The notes under the pieces were generated by a model. The model did not search any database, was not told the DNA's origin, and saw only the letters and a list, made by a program, of their open reading frames with translations. A stretch of DNA of 64,000 nt from a virus. The stretch covers positions 35,001-99,000 of IMG/VR virus record IMGVR_UViG_3300022920_000004; one strand, written 5' to 3'. Shown in pieces: positions 20,741 through 30,967 of the stretch (position 1 is the stretch's first letter; each line of letters begins with the position of its first letter). A program made the translations under genes and the position numbers.

Positions 20741-21040
20741 TTAAAGATTTTTAATATACATTGTTAAATCTCCCATTTTAGGATAACCAACTCTTCTTTC
20801 AAAAGTATGTACAGGTTTAAATCCTACAGTTTCTAAATTTTTAGCAAGTATGTCTTCTCCAGGACTTACAATAGTAAATATTGCAGTTTGTCCATTACCA
20901 GTTGTAATACCTACTTCAGTATTAGCAAGTTTTTCTGCTGTTAATTTTATAATAGCTCTTGTTAAATTATTTAAAGAAGTATCATTATCAACTCTACTTA
21001 ATTGCATTAATGCACAACAATCTGTTCTATGTTTTTCCAT
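20741..21040 (-). CDS. Hypothetical protein (N-terminal CC motif)
   Basis: 99-aa ORF overlapping helicase stop. Confidence 0.55.
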   Translation of the reverse strand: MEKHRTDCCALMQLSRVDNDTSLNNLTRAIIKLTAEKLANTEVGITTGNGQTAIFTIVSPGEDILAKNLETVGFKPVHTFERRVGYPKMGDLTMYIKNL

Positions 21041-22154
21041 TTTGTTTATCTTTTTTTCTTATGTTTTCTATTTTTCTATACACTTTTCTTAAATTTAATT
21101 CATCATTTGGTAATGGTAATTCTTTAAAAATGTTTACAGCTCCGTCAAAATATAATGGGCATATTGTACCTGCACCACCTTCTCTACCACCTAATATCTC
21201 TAAAAATCTGATAAAATCTTTAAAGAATGTTATATCGTAGTCAAAATGTGTTGGTATTCCATATCTAAATGGACTATGTAAACCTAATATTACATTAAAA
21301 TCTCTTTGAGTTGTTTTATTGTCACCTAAACCATCAAGAGTAGGTTTATTATTTCTAGCTTTACCATGTTCAATTGATTCACTAGCAGCAGCTTGTTGTT
21401 GAATTACAACAGGTATATAATTATACCTATTTCTAAGTCTAACAAAATACTTTGATGATAATAATGAAATTGACTCCCTTAATGATAGTTGTCTACCCTG
21501 TTGTTTCTCTTCTGAAATCAATCCGATATGATCAACTATGCACATTACATACTCTTCAGGATCATTTGGTTTATAATAATCAAACGTATCATGTTCCTGA
21601 CCATCAATAGTTATCTTTTTAGTTACAATAGTTCCATTTTTCCTAGCGTAAGTCTCTAATACAGCATTTATACCAGTCGGATTTCGTATATCATCTATAA
21701 AGGTAACAATTTCTTCAACTTTATCAAAATAAGGTTTATACTTAATAATTAACTCTAATATCTCTGGAGATACTGGAGCATCTTTTTTAGTACTTCTTAA
21801 ATCTTTAGGTGATACTCTTACACCTTCTTTTAGATATAATATATTAGAAAATATTGACCTCATTAATTCTCCTGATGTCATTTCTAAACTAAAATAAAAT
21901 ATTTTTAATTTAATATCTAACCCTTCATCTATAATTTGTCTAATTGGATTAAATACAAATAACCAGTTTGTTATCTGTGACTTCCCAATTTTACTTGATG
22001 CAGTTGCTAAATAAGATTTACCTTGTTCAATCCCTGGAGATTCTTCCTCAAATCGAGGTAATCCCCAAGGAATACAATTTATTTTGCCTGATAGAATTCT
22101 TTTACGACGATCTATCAGGTCTTCATATACTCTATTAAATAATTTATCGCTCAT
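21027..22154 (-). CDS. DnaB-like replicative helicase
   Basis: ASSKIGKS Walker A, YFSLEM, IVDHIGL, VIQQQ. Confidence 0.88.
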   Translation of the reverse strand: MSDKLFNRVYEDLIDRRKRILSGKINCIPWGLPRFEEESPGIEQGKSYLATASSKIGKSQITNWLFVFNPIRQIIDEGLDIKLKIFYFSLEMTSGELMRSIFSNILYLKEGVRVSPKDLRSTKKDAPVSPEILELIIKYKPYFDKVEEIVTFIDDIRNPTGINAVLETYARKNGTIVTKKITIDGQEHDTFDYYKPNDPEEYVMCIVDHIGLISEEKQQGRQLSLRESISLLSSKYFVRLRNRYNYIPVVIQQQAAASESIEHGKARNNKPTLDGLGDNKTTQRDFNVILGLHSPFRYGIPTHFDYDITFFKDFIRFLEILGGREGGAGTICPLYFDGAVNIFKELPLPNDELNLRKVYRKIENIRKKDKQNGKT

Positions 22155-22181
22155 ATTATGTTTTCACATAATACTAAAAGT

Positions 22182-22634
22182 TTAATTTAAATAATTGTTA
22201 ATTGCGTAATATGATTTAATCATTGGGTTATAATTTCCATATTTAACATAGTTAATATTACTTTCATTACAGTCATCTTCATCATAATCATTTATAAAAT
22301 AATAAGTACTATGATTACTTTCTGTAGATTCAAATACAATTTGGTTAATATTACCACAATATAATGTTTGAATAGAACCTTTTGAAAGTAAATCTAGTAA
22401 TACATAACTAATCATATATATGCTATATTTTTTATTAAATAAATATTCTCTAAGATATTTTACAGTAACTCCACTATAACCTTTTAAACAATAACCACAA
22501 TAATCATCAACATATTTTCTAGAATCACCATCTAATATGTCTAACCACATTGAATCATTTTTATTAAAATAATGTAATAAAGTAACCTCAATATCTTTTA
22601 AACCATTAATTATTTTTTGTCTATTCATAACCAT
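22182..22634 (-). CDS. Hypothetical protein (distant YCP family, copy 3)
   Basis: LYCGNINQIVF. Confidence 0.5.
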   Translation of the reverse strand: MVMNRQKIINGLKDIEVTLLHYFNKNDSMWLDILDGDSRKYVDDYCGYCLKGYSGVTVKYLREYLFNKKYSIYMISYVLLDLLSKGSIQTLYCGNINQIVFESTESNHSTYYFINDYDEDDCNESNINYVKYGNYNPMIKSYYAINNYLN

Positions 22635-23271
22635 ATTGTTTTAATACTGGTAATACATCGTATTCATGTGTTTTAGCTTTTCTAATTTTAGATAACAAAT
22701 TACTATTTCCATAACTAGAGTTAGTAAATCCAAATACACCAATACCTTTATATCTTCTATAATGCCAAACACCTTTTAAATCTTCAACTACAGCACATAC
22801 TAAAGAATGCCCCCAACCACCTGCATGGGTAGTACAACTATTTGCAAGTAATATAGCTTTTAATGGGTCTATATTAGGTTTTAAATCTAATATGTTTTTA
22901 GTTAATCTAGGTATGCAATCATAATGATTAGTACCTTCCCATAAAAATCTTATAGCTGTTAATATAATCATTGTTTTACCATAACCTAAATTAGGTATAA
23001 CTAAATAATCATTTTCTATAGTAATTTTAGGTTCAATTTTAATCATTAATTTAATCCAAAACTCTATTAAATCTTTATTCATTTCAGAACATTTTAATTT
23101 AAGTTTTAATTTAAACCACTTATTATTTCTAGGTAATTCACTAAAACAAGCTGTATTAACAGAAGATTTTAATAATCTATTATATTTACCATACAATTCA
23201 TAGGTTACGCACATTCTACTATTTATTTCAACAATATCAATAATCTTTTTTATTTTTTCATCATTTGTCAT
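22621..23271 (-). CDS. Hypothetical protein
   Basis: 216-aa ORF in operon. Confidence 0.6.
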   Translation of the reverse strand: MTNDEKIKKIIDIVEINSRMCVTYELYGKYNRLLKSSVNTACFSELPRNNKWFKLKLKLKCSEMNKDLIEFWIKLMIKIEPKITIENDYLVIPNLGYGKTMIILTAIRFLWEGTNHYDCIPRLTKNILDLKPNIDPLKAILLANSCTTHAGGWGHSLVCAVVEDLKGVWHYRRYKGIGVFGFTNSSYGNSNLLSKIRKAKTHEYDVLPVLKQYGYE

Positions 23272-23318
23272 TTTTATTCACTATTTTTAAGATTAAATTA
23301 AACTTTTAGTATTATATT

Positions 23319-23957
23319 TTAATTTAAAGTGTTAGTCCAATTTTCATTTTTATTTCCTACTAAATCTATTTCATCTATAAATGCAGATAGCCTAGAAGAT
23401 TCTTCTTTACCATCTCTTTTAAATATAAAATAATCAGCTTGTTGTAAAAATCTGTAATCACCATTAAATTGATTAATATAAATACTTACAGCTTTTAATA
23501 TATTTTCAAAAGTATATTCAGGATTTTCAAGCATCCAACGCTTTAATTTATCTTTACAGCTCTTTGGAGAACCCATTGAGCCAGGTTTTAATCCTTGCCA
23601 TTGTTTACGATATTCATCAATACCATTTTCAACAGCTTCGTTTATGTATCTTTGAGATAGTTTCTTTTTAATACTATCTTTTTTAACAGAAACAGTTTTA
23701 TCTGTAAAAGAATTTTCAATCAATACTTTAGATTTTTCTCTTAGTATATATTTTATCTCTTTTCTTTCATTTTCTTCTTTTATTGTTATTTTTATAAATT
23801 TTTTACTTTCTAAACTTTGATAATGAAAATATAAATCATCATAATCTATATTTTCATTTAATTCACTAAAGTATATCTTTAGTAAACATAAAAATTCATT
23901 TATAGACAAATTATTTTCTGCTAATACTTTAACATCTAATATAATTTGTTTATTCAT
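23319..23957 (-). CDS. Hypothetical protein, possibly replication initiator / helicase-loader partner
   Basis: wHTH-like N-terminus; C-terminal YINQF..YRFLQQADYFI helical domain; lies between polA and helicase. Confidence 0.4.
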   Translation of the reverse strand: MNKQIILDVKVLAENNLSINEFLCLLKIYFSELNENIDYDDLYFHYQSLESKKFIKITIKEENERKEIKYILREKSKVLIENSFTDKTVSVKKDSIKKKLSQRYINEAVENGIDEYRKQWQGLKPGSMGSPKSCKDKLKRWMLENPEYTFENILKAVSIYINQFNGDYRFLQQADYFIFKRDGKEESSRLSAFIDEIDLVGNKNENWTNTLN

Positions 23958-24093
23958 AAATTTATTTTAATTTTTTAATACGTAATATTCTTTGTTATTA
24001 TTTTTAGCAATTTCTTCATCATACCTACTAAATTTTATAAATAATACTGAGTGTGTAAAACCATACTCAAAATTATCTTTTAATACTACTAAA

Positions 24094-24285
24094 TCACCAT
24101 ACTTTGGCGTTTGTGTTAATTCTACTGTTGGCATAATTTTCTATTTTTAAATGTTTTAATATATCATTAATATGTATTTCCATATCTAAATCTTCTTCAA
24201 TTTTATCTTGTACTTCAAATGGTTCACTTATATTATAAGTGCTTGTTACTAAATCTACTGCTAATTTAATATGGTTATATTTCAT
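24094..24285 (-). CDS. Hypothetical protein
   Basis: 63-aa ORF. Confidence 0.5.
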   Translation of the reverse strand: MKYNHIKLAVDLVTSTYNISEPFEVQDKIEEDLDMEIHINDILKHLKIENYANSRINTNAKVW

Positions 24286-24307
24286 ATTTATTTTATATTA
24301 TTAATTA

Positions 24308-26281
24308 TTAATGAGTCCAATAGTCTGTAATTACAGCATCTGCTTTTAATGGTATAGTTTTACACCATATTTCACCTGCTCTTTGCATACAATCTTCTAA
24401 ATTTCTTGCAGCAATTTCTGTATAATTTTCTAATACTTCTAAGTTTATTTCATCATGTATTAAATTAGTTATAAAAATATAATCATTTAAGTTATTATCA
24501 TTTAACCATTTCCTAAAAAATATAGCTGCTAATTTAGTAATACTACCTGCTGCACCTTGTATAATATAATTAAGACAAGCTCTTTCATATTTACCTTTTA
24601 AAGAATAATAACGTTTCCAATCTTGGTCTTTTTTATATTCTCTTAATTTATCAAAATCACCAAAATAAAACTTTCTTTTGGTTACTGGGTCTATTTCTAT
24701 AAATCCTTGATTCATAGATTTTTTAATAGATTCATCAAAAAATAGTTTTAATTTTGGAAATGCATCAAAATAAGCATTATAAATATTTTCACCTTCTTCA
24801 GGAGAAACACCTAAATTATTAGAGATAGTAAAACCATTTCCTCCATAAGCTAATGCAAATGAAACTGATTTAGCAATTTGTCTTTTTTCTGGATGTTGTT
24901 TTTTAATCTCAGGTAAAGATAATTCTTGTAATTCAGGATATATTTTTTGAGCATTATAACTATGCATATCTAAATGTCCTTCATAATAAAAATTAAGAAT
25001 ATCTGGGTCTAATGATGTATTTGCTAAACAAATATTTTCTTGTCCACTATAATCAGAATTTACAATTTTATAACCTTTTGGAGCATCAAAAGCTCTTCTA
25101 AAATTATCATTACTTGGTATATTCTGTAAATTTGGATTACTACTAGAAATTCTACCAGTATTTAATATTTGCTTATAATTACTGTGTAATCTTTTAGTTA
25201 TTGGATTAATATATTTAAAGAAAGCAATTCCAAAAGTTGTACAACATTGTTCTAATTCTTTATACCTTAAATATATATCTAATAAATGTTTATATGTTTC
25301 AGGTATATCTTTATTCATTGTTTTTAAAGAAGCTTTTACAACTGTTGCATTAACAGTATAACTTAATTTTTTAGTGGATTTAGAGACTTCCTGTGGGCAT
25401 ATTTCTAAGTACTTAAATAAATCAATTACTTGTTTAGAACTTCCCCAATTTATACTACATTTTAAACCTGTTTCAAATAAATTTAATTGTTTATCTACAA
25501 ATCTAGTATCTTTAAAGCTATTTAAAATATATTTATTTAACTCAATTTCTAAAGTAGAATATGTAGCTTTATTATTATTATAGGTGTTTTCCCATATATC
25601 TGTATTAAAATTAATACCTTTATATTCTATATCACCTAATACTTGTAAGAATAACATTTCTAATGATACACATTTAGATAAATCTTTTCTAACTATATCT
25701 TCAGCTTGATGCTTTTCTATCATTAAAGGATATAAAATATCTTCAGCTCCATAGAGTATTTGTTTTTTAGTAAATGGTTTATCACCAATTGTTAAAAACT
25801 CTAATCTTGTTGCTTTCTCTACTTCAATTCCTAAATACTTTTCATTTAAATCTTTTAATCCTAACTTTGGTGAATAACCATTAAATAATATTTGTTCTAC
25901 AATCATAGTATCATAAACATTATTTAATTTAATTCCATTGTTGTGTAGAATATGTTTATATTCAAACTTTATATTATGACCAAGTTTGACTATGTGATTT
26001 GACTCAAGTATCTCTTTTAGGGGATTTATATCAACATATCTGTAATCTATTACATATTGTCTATTTATATCACCTACTTGAAACATTACAATATTTGATA
26101 AGTATGGGTCAAGTCCTTCTCTTTTACCATACTTACCATTAAATTTCATTGTGGTTTCAATATCTATTGCAATCAAAGCTTTATTCTTTAAATACTCTAC
26201 ACAATCTTGTATAGTTGTTGTATTTAAATCAAATAAATTATTTGGTCCAATATAATATATATTTTTTTCATTCTTCATCAT
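24308..26281 (-). CDS. polA: DNA polymerase family A with 3'-5' exonuclease
   Basis: DIET, GHNIKFE, YGAED (exo); TGRISSSNPNLQNIP, DYSGQE, RQIAKSVSFALAYG, NYIIQG, IHDE. Confidence 0.96.
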   Translation of the reverse strand: MMKNEKNIYYIGPNNLFDLNTTTIQDCVEYLKNKALIAIDIETTMKFNGKYGKREGLDPYLSNIVMFQVGDINRQYVIDYRYVDINPLKEILESNHIVKLGHNIKFEYKHILHNNGIKLNNVYDTMIVEQILFNGYSPKLGLKDLNEKYLGIEVEKATRLEFLTIGDKPFTKKQILYGAEDILYPLMIEKHQAEDIVRKDLSKCVSLEMLFLQVLGDIEYKGINFNTDIWENTYNNNKATYSTLEIELNKYILNSFKDTRFVDKQLNLFETGLKCSINWGSSKQVIDLFKYLEICPQEVSKSTKKLSYTVNATVVKASLKTMNKDIPETYKHLLDIYLRYKELEQCCTTFGIAFFKYINPITKRLHSNYKQILNTGRISSSNPNLQNIPSNDNFRRAFDAPKGYKIVNSDYSGQENICLANTSLDPDILNFYYEGHLDMHSYNAQKIYPELQELSLPEIKKQHPEKRQIAKSVSFALAYGGNGFTISNNLGVSPEEGENIYNAYFDAFPKLKLFFDESIKKSMNQGFIEIDPVTKRKFYFGDFDKLREYKKDQDWKRYYSLKGKYERACLNYIIQGAAGSITKLAAIFFRKWLNDNNLNDYIFITNLIHDEINLEVLENYTEIAARNLEDCMQRAGEIWCKTIPLKADAVITDYWTH

Positions 26282-26302
26282 CTTTCTTCATTAATATATT
26301 AT

Positions 26303-26980
26303 TTATATTTCTAATATGTTACCATTACTACTTAATTCTCCAAATTTACCATCTGTTAAAACACTTCCATTACTAAATATAGTATTATATCCAGCTAATT
26401 TAGTTGTCCCAGCATTTATAATATCCTTGTTATTATGTATATGACCAAATAAACATAATTTAGGTTGTATTTTAAGTAATCTTTTTTTAAGAGCACTACA
26501 ACCACACATTTCTACATTATGATCTACACTATAAGATAAATCTAATATTCCTTTAGGTGGTCCATGTACTACAACTATGTCAGTGTCATCAGGTATAGAT
26601 TGCCAAACTCTGTCAAGTTTACTTCTATTTTTCATAAAATACCAATTACCAAATTGAGGTGTATGAGGACTTCCCCATATTTTAATACCTTCTATTTCAA
26701 TTGATTCATTTTCTAAATAATCTATAGAATATTCTTTACAAAGTTCTTTAAACTTTTTACCTTCGTGAAATGCTAAAGCATCGTGATTACCAGATATTAA
26801 TACTTTACGTTTAATAGGTAAACAAGCATACCAATTTAAGAAATCTCTAGTTTCAGGTTCATTTTTATATACATCATAATAGTTACTAAAATCACCAGAA
26901 TGTATAACTATATCTATATTATCAGGTATTTTTAATAAACTGTGATATGAGTGAGTGTCTCCAATGTGCCAAATTTTCAT
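26303..26980 (-). CDS. Calcineurin-like metallophosphoesterase
   Basis: GDTH, HSGD, GNHD, HGPP, FGHIH. Confidence 0.9.
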   Translation of the reverse strand: MKIWHIGDTHSYHSLLKIPDNIDIVIHSGDFSNYYDVYKNEPETRDFLNWYACLPIKRKVLISGNHDALAFHEGKKFKELCKEYSIDYLENESIEIEGIKIWGSPHTPQFGNWYFMKNRSKLDRVWQSIPDDTDIVVVHGPPKGILDLSYSVDHNVEMCGCSALKKRLLKIQPKLCLFGHIHNNKDIINAGTTKLAGYNTIFSNGSVLTDGKFGELSSNGNILEI

Positions 26981-27159
26981 AATTAAATTGATCTATATTT
27001 TCTCTTGCTTCCCCATAATTGTCTATAAGATTTATTTACTAATGAGTATTTAGAGATACTTTTATTAATTGATTCTCTCGATTGTTGGGTTGTATTTTTG
27101 TTATTCATATTTAATATTTTAAAGGAGAGCTACTAATATAATAACTCTCCTTGATTTTA

Positions 27160-27441
27160 CTATTTTGTTGGAAATAATTCTTTAATTAAATCTTCTAAAC
27201 GTTTTTGACCTTTAGTTAAAGCTTCAACTTCATTTTCAGCAGATACAATATCAACAAGTGATAATGTTTGCGACGATTTCAAACTTTCTAATTTGGCTTT
27301 TGACGCACTTACCGCTTGCTTTGTTGCCAATAAGTCTGCTTGCGCTTGCAATTCTTCCTGTGATAACTGGTATCCTAATACTTGCTCCTCTAATTGTGCT
27401 TGACTCTGGTTTAATCTTTGTTCTCTTGTTAACTTGCTCAT
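27160..27441 (-). CDS. Coiled-coil protein
   Basis: Q/E/L heptad-rich 93 aa, followed by hairpin at 27122-27151. Confidence 0.65.
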   Translation of the reverse strand: MSKLTREQRLNQSQAQLEEQVLGYQLSQEELQAQADLLATKQAVSASKAKLESLKSSQTLSLVDIVSAENEVEALTKGQKRLEDLIKELFPTK

Positions 27442-28135
27442 AATTATTGTTTGTATTTAATTTAATATAATTTAAAATTGTTTCTTTTTTAATTGGTGTA
27501 TTAACTTTACTGAAAAAATCTTTTTCATCAGGCATTTTAAAAACTTTATTATTAATACTAACACCTAAACCAAAAGCTTCTGTGTATTGTACTTTTGTAG
27601 GTCCTGATATCCACTTGTAACCTAAACTAAATAAAAAAGTTTGTATAATTTTATGGTCTTCAGGTGTTAAATTACCTATTTTACATTTCTTTAAATCACC
27701 TATTTCAAATGGTTTACTAAACATTATATCTCTATCTACTGTAGGTTTAATAGGTGGTTTGTATGAGTTACTAAATCTAGTTATAAATGTACTAAATAGA
27801 TGACTATTACCACCAAATTCTTTGGTTGTTATCCAACCTGTAGATATATAATCAAATCCTGTAATAGTTCTAAGATCGTTATCTACGTTTAAATAAGTAC
27901 CACCAACTTCAGGTATTTGATTAATATTTGTTATACCTGCTTCAAACCATTTAATTTCATTATTTGTAGCTTTTCTAACTTTTGAAGAATGACTTAGCCC
28001 ATCTTGGTAATATGCAGAGTTTTTAGTAAATTTAGTTAATTTATTAATTTCCCATACATCACCTTTTTTACCACCATGTCTACTACTTGTAACAGTTGTA
28101 ATTATTTTTACAACTATATCTCCTATTTTAAACAT
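27251..28135 (-). CDS. Hypothetical protein; C-terminal ~63 codons overlap the next gene in another frame
   Basis: 294-aa ORF. Confidence 0.55.
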   Translation of the reverse strand: MFKIGDIVVKIITTVTSSRHGGKKGDVWEINKLTKFTKNSAYYQDGLSHSSKVRKATNNEIKWFEAGITNINQIPEVGGTYLNVDNDLRTITGFDYISTGWITTKEFGGNSHLFSTFITRFSNSYKPPIKPTVDRDIMFSKPFEIGDLKKCKIGNLTPEDHKIIQTFLFSLGYKWISGPTKVQYTEAFGLGVSINNKVFKMPDEKDFFSKVNTPIKKETILNYIKLNTNNNYEQVNKRTKIKPESSTIRGASIRIPVITGRIASASRLIGNKASGKCVKSQIRKFEIVANIITC

Positions 28136-28138
28136 AAT

Positions 28139-29107
28139 TTATAATTTAGTAGTTCTAATATAATTAAGTATAATATCCCATTGTATTTGACTTATACAAC
28201 CTGTATTTTTTAAATCTTGCATACTTAAACAAGGTTTATTCATCATAATATATTCTTCAGCTTTTTCTTTTGTTGAGAACCCTTTAATATCTTTATGTTT
28301 TTCAATTAATCTTGTATCTCTACTAGTACATAATCTTTTAAAACATTTAAAAGAATCATCTTCAGCGTCTAATTCTACAAAATAATATTTATCACCTTCA
28401 AAAATATCAACACCATCTTCTGTTTTAAATAATGGTTTTTTAATATGTGATAATTTATTTATTTCTTTCAACCAAAACTTTAAATCTTGAATAGTTGTTT
28501 GTTCACTACAAGGGTTTGATTTTGCACTTATTTTTACATTATCACCAACAGTAAATACTTCACCATCACTAAGTCTTTTAACTGAGTGTATTTTAAATCT
28601 ACCATTTAAACAATGTTTTAAACTTAAATGTGCTTTTGTAAAACTAGCCTCATATTTACCATCTGTTTTTAAAGTAAATGTTATACCATCATAATTACCA
28701 CCATCTCTTTTAAAAGCCAATATCTCATAATCTCTATCAACTATTTCTCTTATTAATTTATAAGAATCTGTAACTATACCATTACCACTATTATCTAATT
28801 TTTCCATCCAAGGATATCCACCACTTGTAATTCTAGTAATTATAGCTTTAAATGGTTTAGATTTACAATGAATATATTGTAATTCATAAGTTTTACCTAC
28901 TTCTAATTTTAGAGGATTTTTATCAACTATTTCCTCCCAATACTCAGGGTTATTTTCTACATTTTTTGCAGAAAATACAATATTTAAAGTATCTGTTAAT
29001 CTTTCTCCTAAATATAAAGGAGATGAGCATTTTGAACTAGTTATTATAGTTCCAACTTTTTGTTTACCACAACCAGGATACCATTTCAATAATTTGTATT
29101 TTTTCAT
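28139..29107 (-). CDS. Modular hypothetical protein
   Basis: KYKLLKWYPG, IHSVKRLSDGEVFTVGD and LFKTEDGVDIFEGD modules. Confidence 0.65.
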   Translation of the reverse strand: MKKYKLLKWYPGCGKQKVGTIITSSKCSSPLYLGERLTDTLNIVFSAKNVENNPEYWEEIVDKNPLKLEVGKTYELQYIHCKSKPFKAIITRITSGGYPWMEKLDNSGNGIVTDSYKLIREIVDRDYEILAFKRDGGNYDGITFTLKTDGKYEASFTKAHLSLKHCLNGRFKIHSVKRLSDGEVFTVGDNVKISAKSNPCSEQTTIQDLKFWLKEINKLSHIKKPLFKTEDGVDIFEGDKYYFVELDAEDDSFKCFKRLCTSRDTRLIEKHKDIKGFSTKEKAEEYIMMNKPCLSMQDLKNTGCISQIQWDIILNYIRTTKL

Positions 29108-29136
29108 TTTATATATTTTTTAATTATTAATTATAA

Positions 29137-29326
29137 TAAACTCTTTGTCCAAATTTCAGTTATGGAGCATACCCTTTTACTTCAGGTAGTTTGGCTAACA
29201 CCATGAGCTGAAGACACTCATGATATACATCTACAATAAAAACAATTGCTGATACAATCTTTGTATTACTTGATTTAAATTTACAAGTCTAAATACTTAT
29301 TATTTTATCTTTAATCAAAGAGTTTA
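29137..29326 (-). ncRNA. Candidate structured RNA with closing stem and H-type pseudoknot
   Basis: 11-bp terminal inverted repeat TAAACTCTTTG/CAAAGAGTTTA; interleaved 6-bp stems at 29180-29222; no ORF. Confidence 0.4.
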
Positions 29327-29512
29327 AAATAAAAAAAAGCTATGATCTAAGTATATTTATATACTTATATATATTTCTTTTATGTTACTTTTCTTTAGCA
29401 CTAGGTAATTTTAGTTTCATAAGTTTTAAGAGGTTTAAATTTGTTAAGTTATAGTAGTATATCATTTTATTGTTAAAGTTGCTTAAAACATATTTAAAAT
29501 GCTTTAAAAGTA

Positions 29513-29573
29513 TAAATAGACATCTGTTATGTATTCCCGATCTACAGTTATGTGTTTCCAGATTGTCTATTTA
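29513..29573. other. Intergenic stem-loop
   Basis: TAAATAGACA-TCTG / CAGA-T-TGTCTATTTA inverted repeat. Confidence 0.45.
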
Positions 29574-29969
29574 CTTCAATTAACCTTAAAAATTATTTAA
29601 AACTATGAACTTCAAATAATATTGTTATTGAGCAAATTGTAAGCGACTAGCACTTCTACAATTACTCATTTTAAGTTTATCCCACGATTGTTTCTTTGTA
29701 TATCCTAAAGATAAAAACATAGTCATCATGTCTAATTGTGATCTTACAGGAACACCTGTATTTTTGTTAATTCTTTTACGTTGTAATTTCATAGTGTTAT
29801 AATTTATAAGATTAATTGTTATACAATAATAGTACCAGGTTGTACTAAATAATTTTTATGATCTGAAACTTTTCTTTTGTTTAAATTCATAATGATTTTG
29901 TCAATAATTTGTCCTCTGTTTAATTCTACTCTGTTTTCTTGATTTTGCATAATGTTTGTTTATTTATAT

Positions 29970-30239
29970 TTAATTAATTAAAAATTTATCTCTTTGTAAT
30001 TGAATATGTTCTTTTTTAACATCAATTTCTTTTTGATGCATAATTATTTTATCTCTTTGAATTTGTTGATGATGAGCTATCATAACACCTTCCTTAGTAG
30101 CATTTATACTATTACGTGCTAATTTATTTATTTCAATAGATTTTTTTATTGAAAGTTTACCACTTATAATATCATCTATGCAGTTTGATAATTTATCTGT
30201 AACATTATTAAGAGTTTTTAAGTTGTTTTGAATGTTCAT
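29970..30239 (-). CDS. Hypothetical helical protein
   Basis: 89-aa ORF. Confidence 0.55.
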   Translation of the reverse strand: MNIQNNLKTLNNVTDKLSNCIDDIISGKLSIKKSIEINKLARNSINATKEGVMIAHHQQIQRDKIIMHQKEIDVKKEHIQLQRDKFLIN

Positions 30240-30756
30240 TTTTAAGTTTTTTTAAGGTTCTGTGAAATAATAATTGTTGTTTTTTAGCATTTATAATATT
30301 ATTTGGTAATATATCTTGTGGTGTATTTAATAATCCAGCAACATAACTATTTTTTAAACTATTAATTCTAATAATACTATGTTTTTTTTGAATATTACTT
30401 ACTTTATCTTTATTATTATTAGCATATCTTTTAACAAAAAATAAATGATTTATATAGTTACATTTAAAACAAAGCCATTTTCTATCTTTATGAGATATAG
30501 AAGAATTACATTTTCTACATTTTTGTATATTAAAATATTTATATAATAAAGTTTCTATTAATAAAACTGTTTTTTTATTATTAATTCTTATTGAAACAGT
30601 TGGTGTTAAATAATTTTTATTCTTTTTATAATAAACATTTAATACTTTATTAACTTTTTGTATTTTATTAGCATATTTAGTATAATTTATAATAACTTGA
30701 CCATCTTCTCTAATAGAATATTGTTTATTAGTATTTTCTATAAAATGTGTTTTCAT
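30208..30756 (-). CDS. Basic Zn-finger protein with NUMOD4-like N-terminus
   Basis: Start moved to ATG 30756 (MKTHFIENTNKQYSIREDGQV); CRKC...CFKC; track start lies inside the tRNA-like T-arm. Confidence 0.5.
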   Translation of the reverse strand: MKTHFIENTNKQYSIREDGQVIINYTKYANKIQKVNKVLNVYYKKNKNYLTPTVSIRINNKKTVLLIETLLYKYFNIQKCRKCNSSISHKDRKWLCFKCNYINHLFFVKRYANNNKDKVSNIQKKHSIIRINSLKNSYVAGLLNTPQDILPNNIINAKKQQLLFHRTLKKLKNEHSKQLKNS

Positions 30757-30783
30757 AGTTTTATGTTTAATTATTAATGTTTG

Positions 30784-30961
30784 TAGTTGAGGCAGGATTT
30801 GAACCTGCAATATAGTTACTATTATTCACTATAATAATTATATATGTTTACTAGCTTTATTTTAAATTTTCCACTCTAATATTAAAGAGCTAAGAAGGTC
30901 TCTTCTCCAGTTATCTTTAGTTGCTAATATAATTTACGTCTACCAATTCCGCCACTCAACT
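30784..30961 (-). tRNA. tRNA-Leu-like RNA with ~80-nt insertion in the anticodon loop
   Basis: Acceptor AGTTGAG/CTCAACT + A discriminator; D arm TGGCGGAATTGGTAGACGT; long variable arm; perfect T arm GCAGG-TTCAAAT-CCTGC. Confidence 0.7.
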
Positions 30962-30967
30962 GTTTAA

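Noticed and set aside
30757-30810. N-terminal extension MQVQILPQ of ORF 30208..30810
   Set aside because: It is a translation of the tRNA-like T arm; ATG 30756 is the better start
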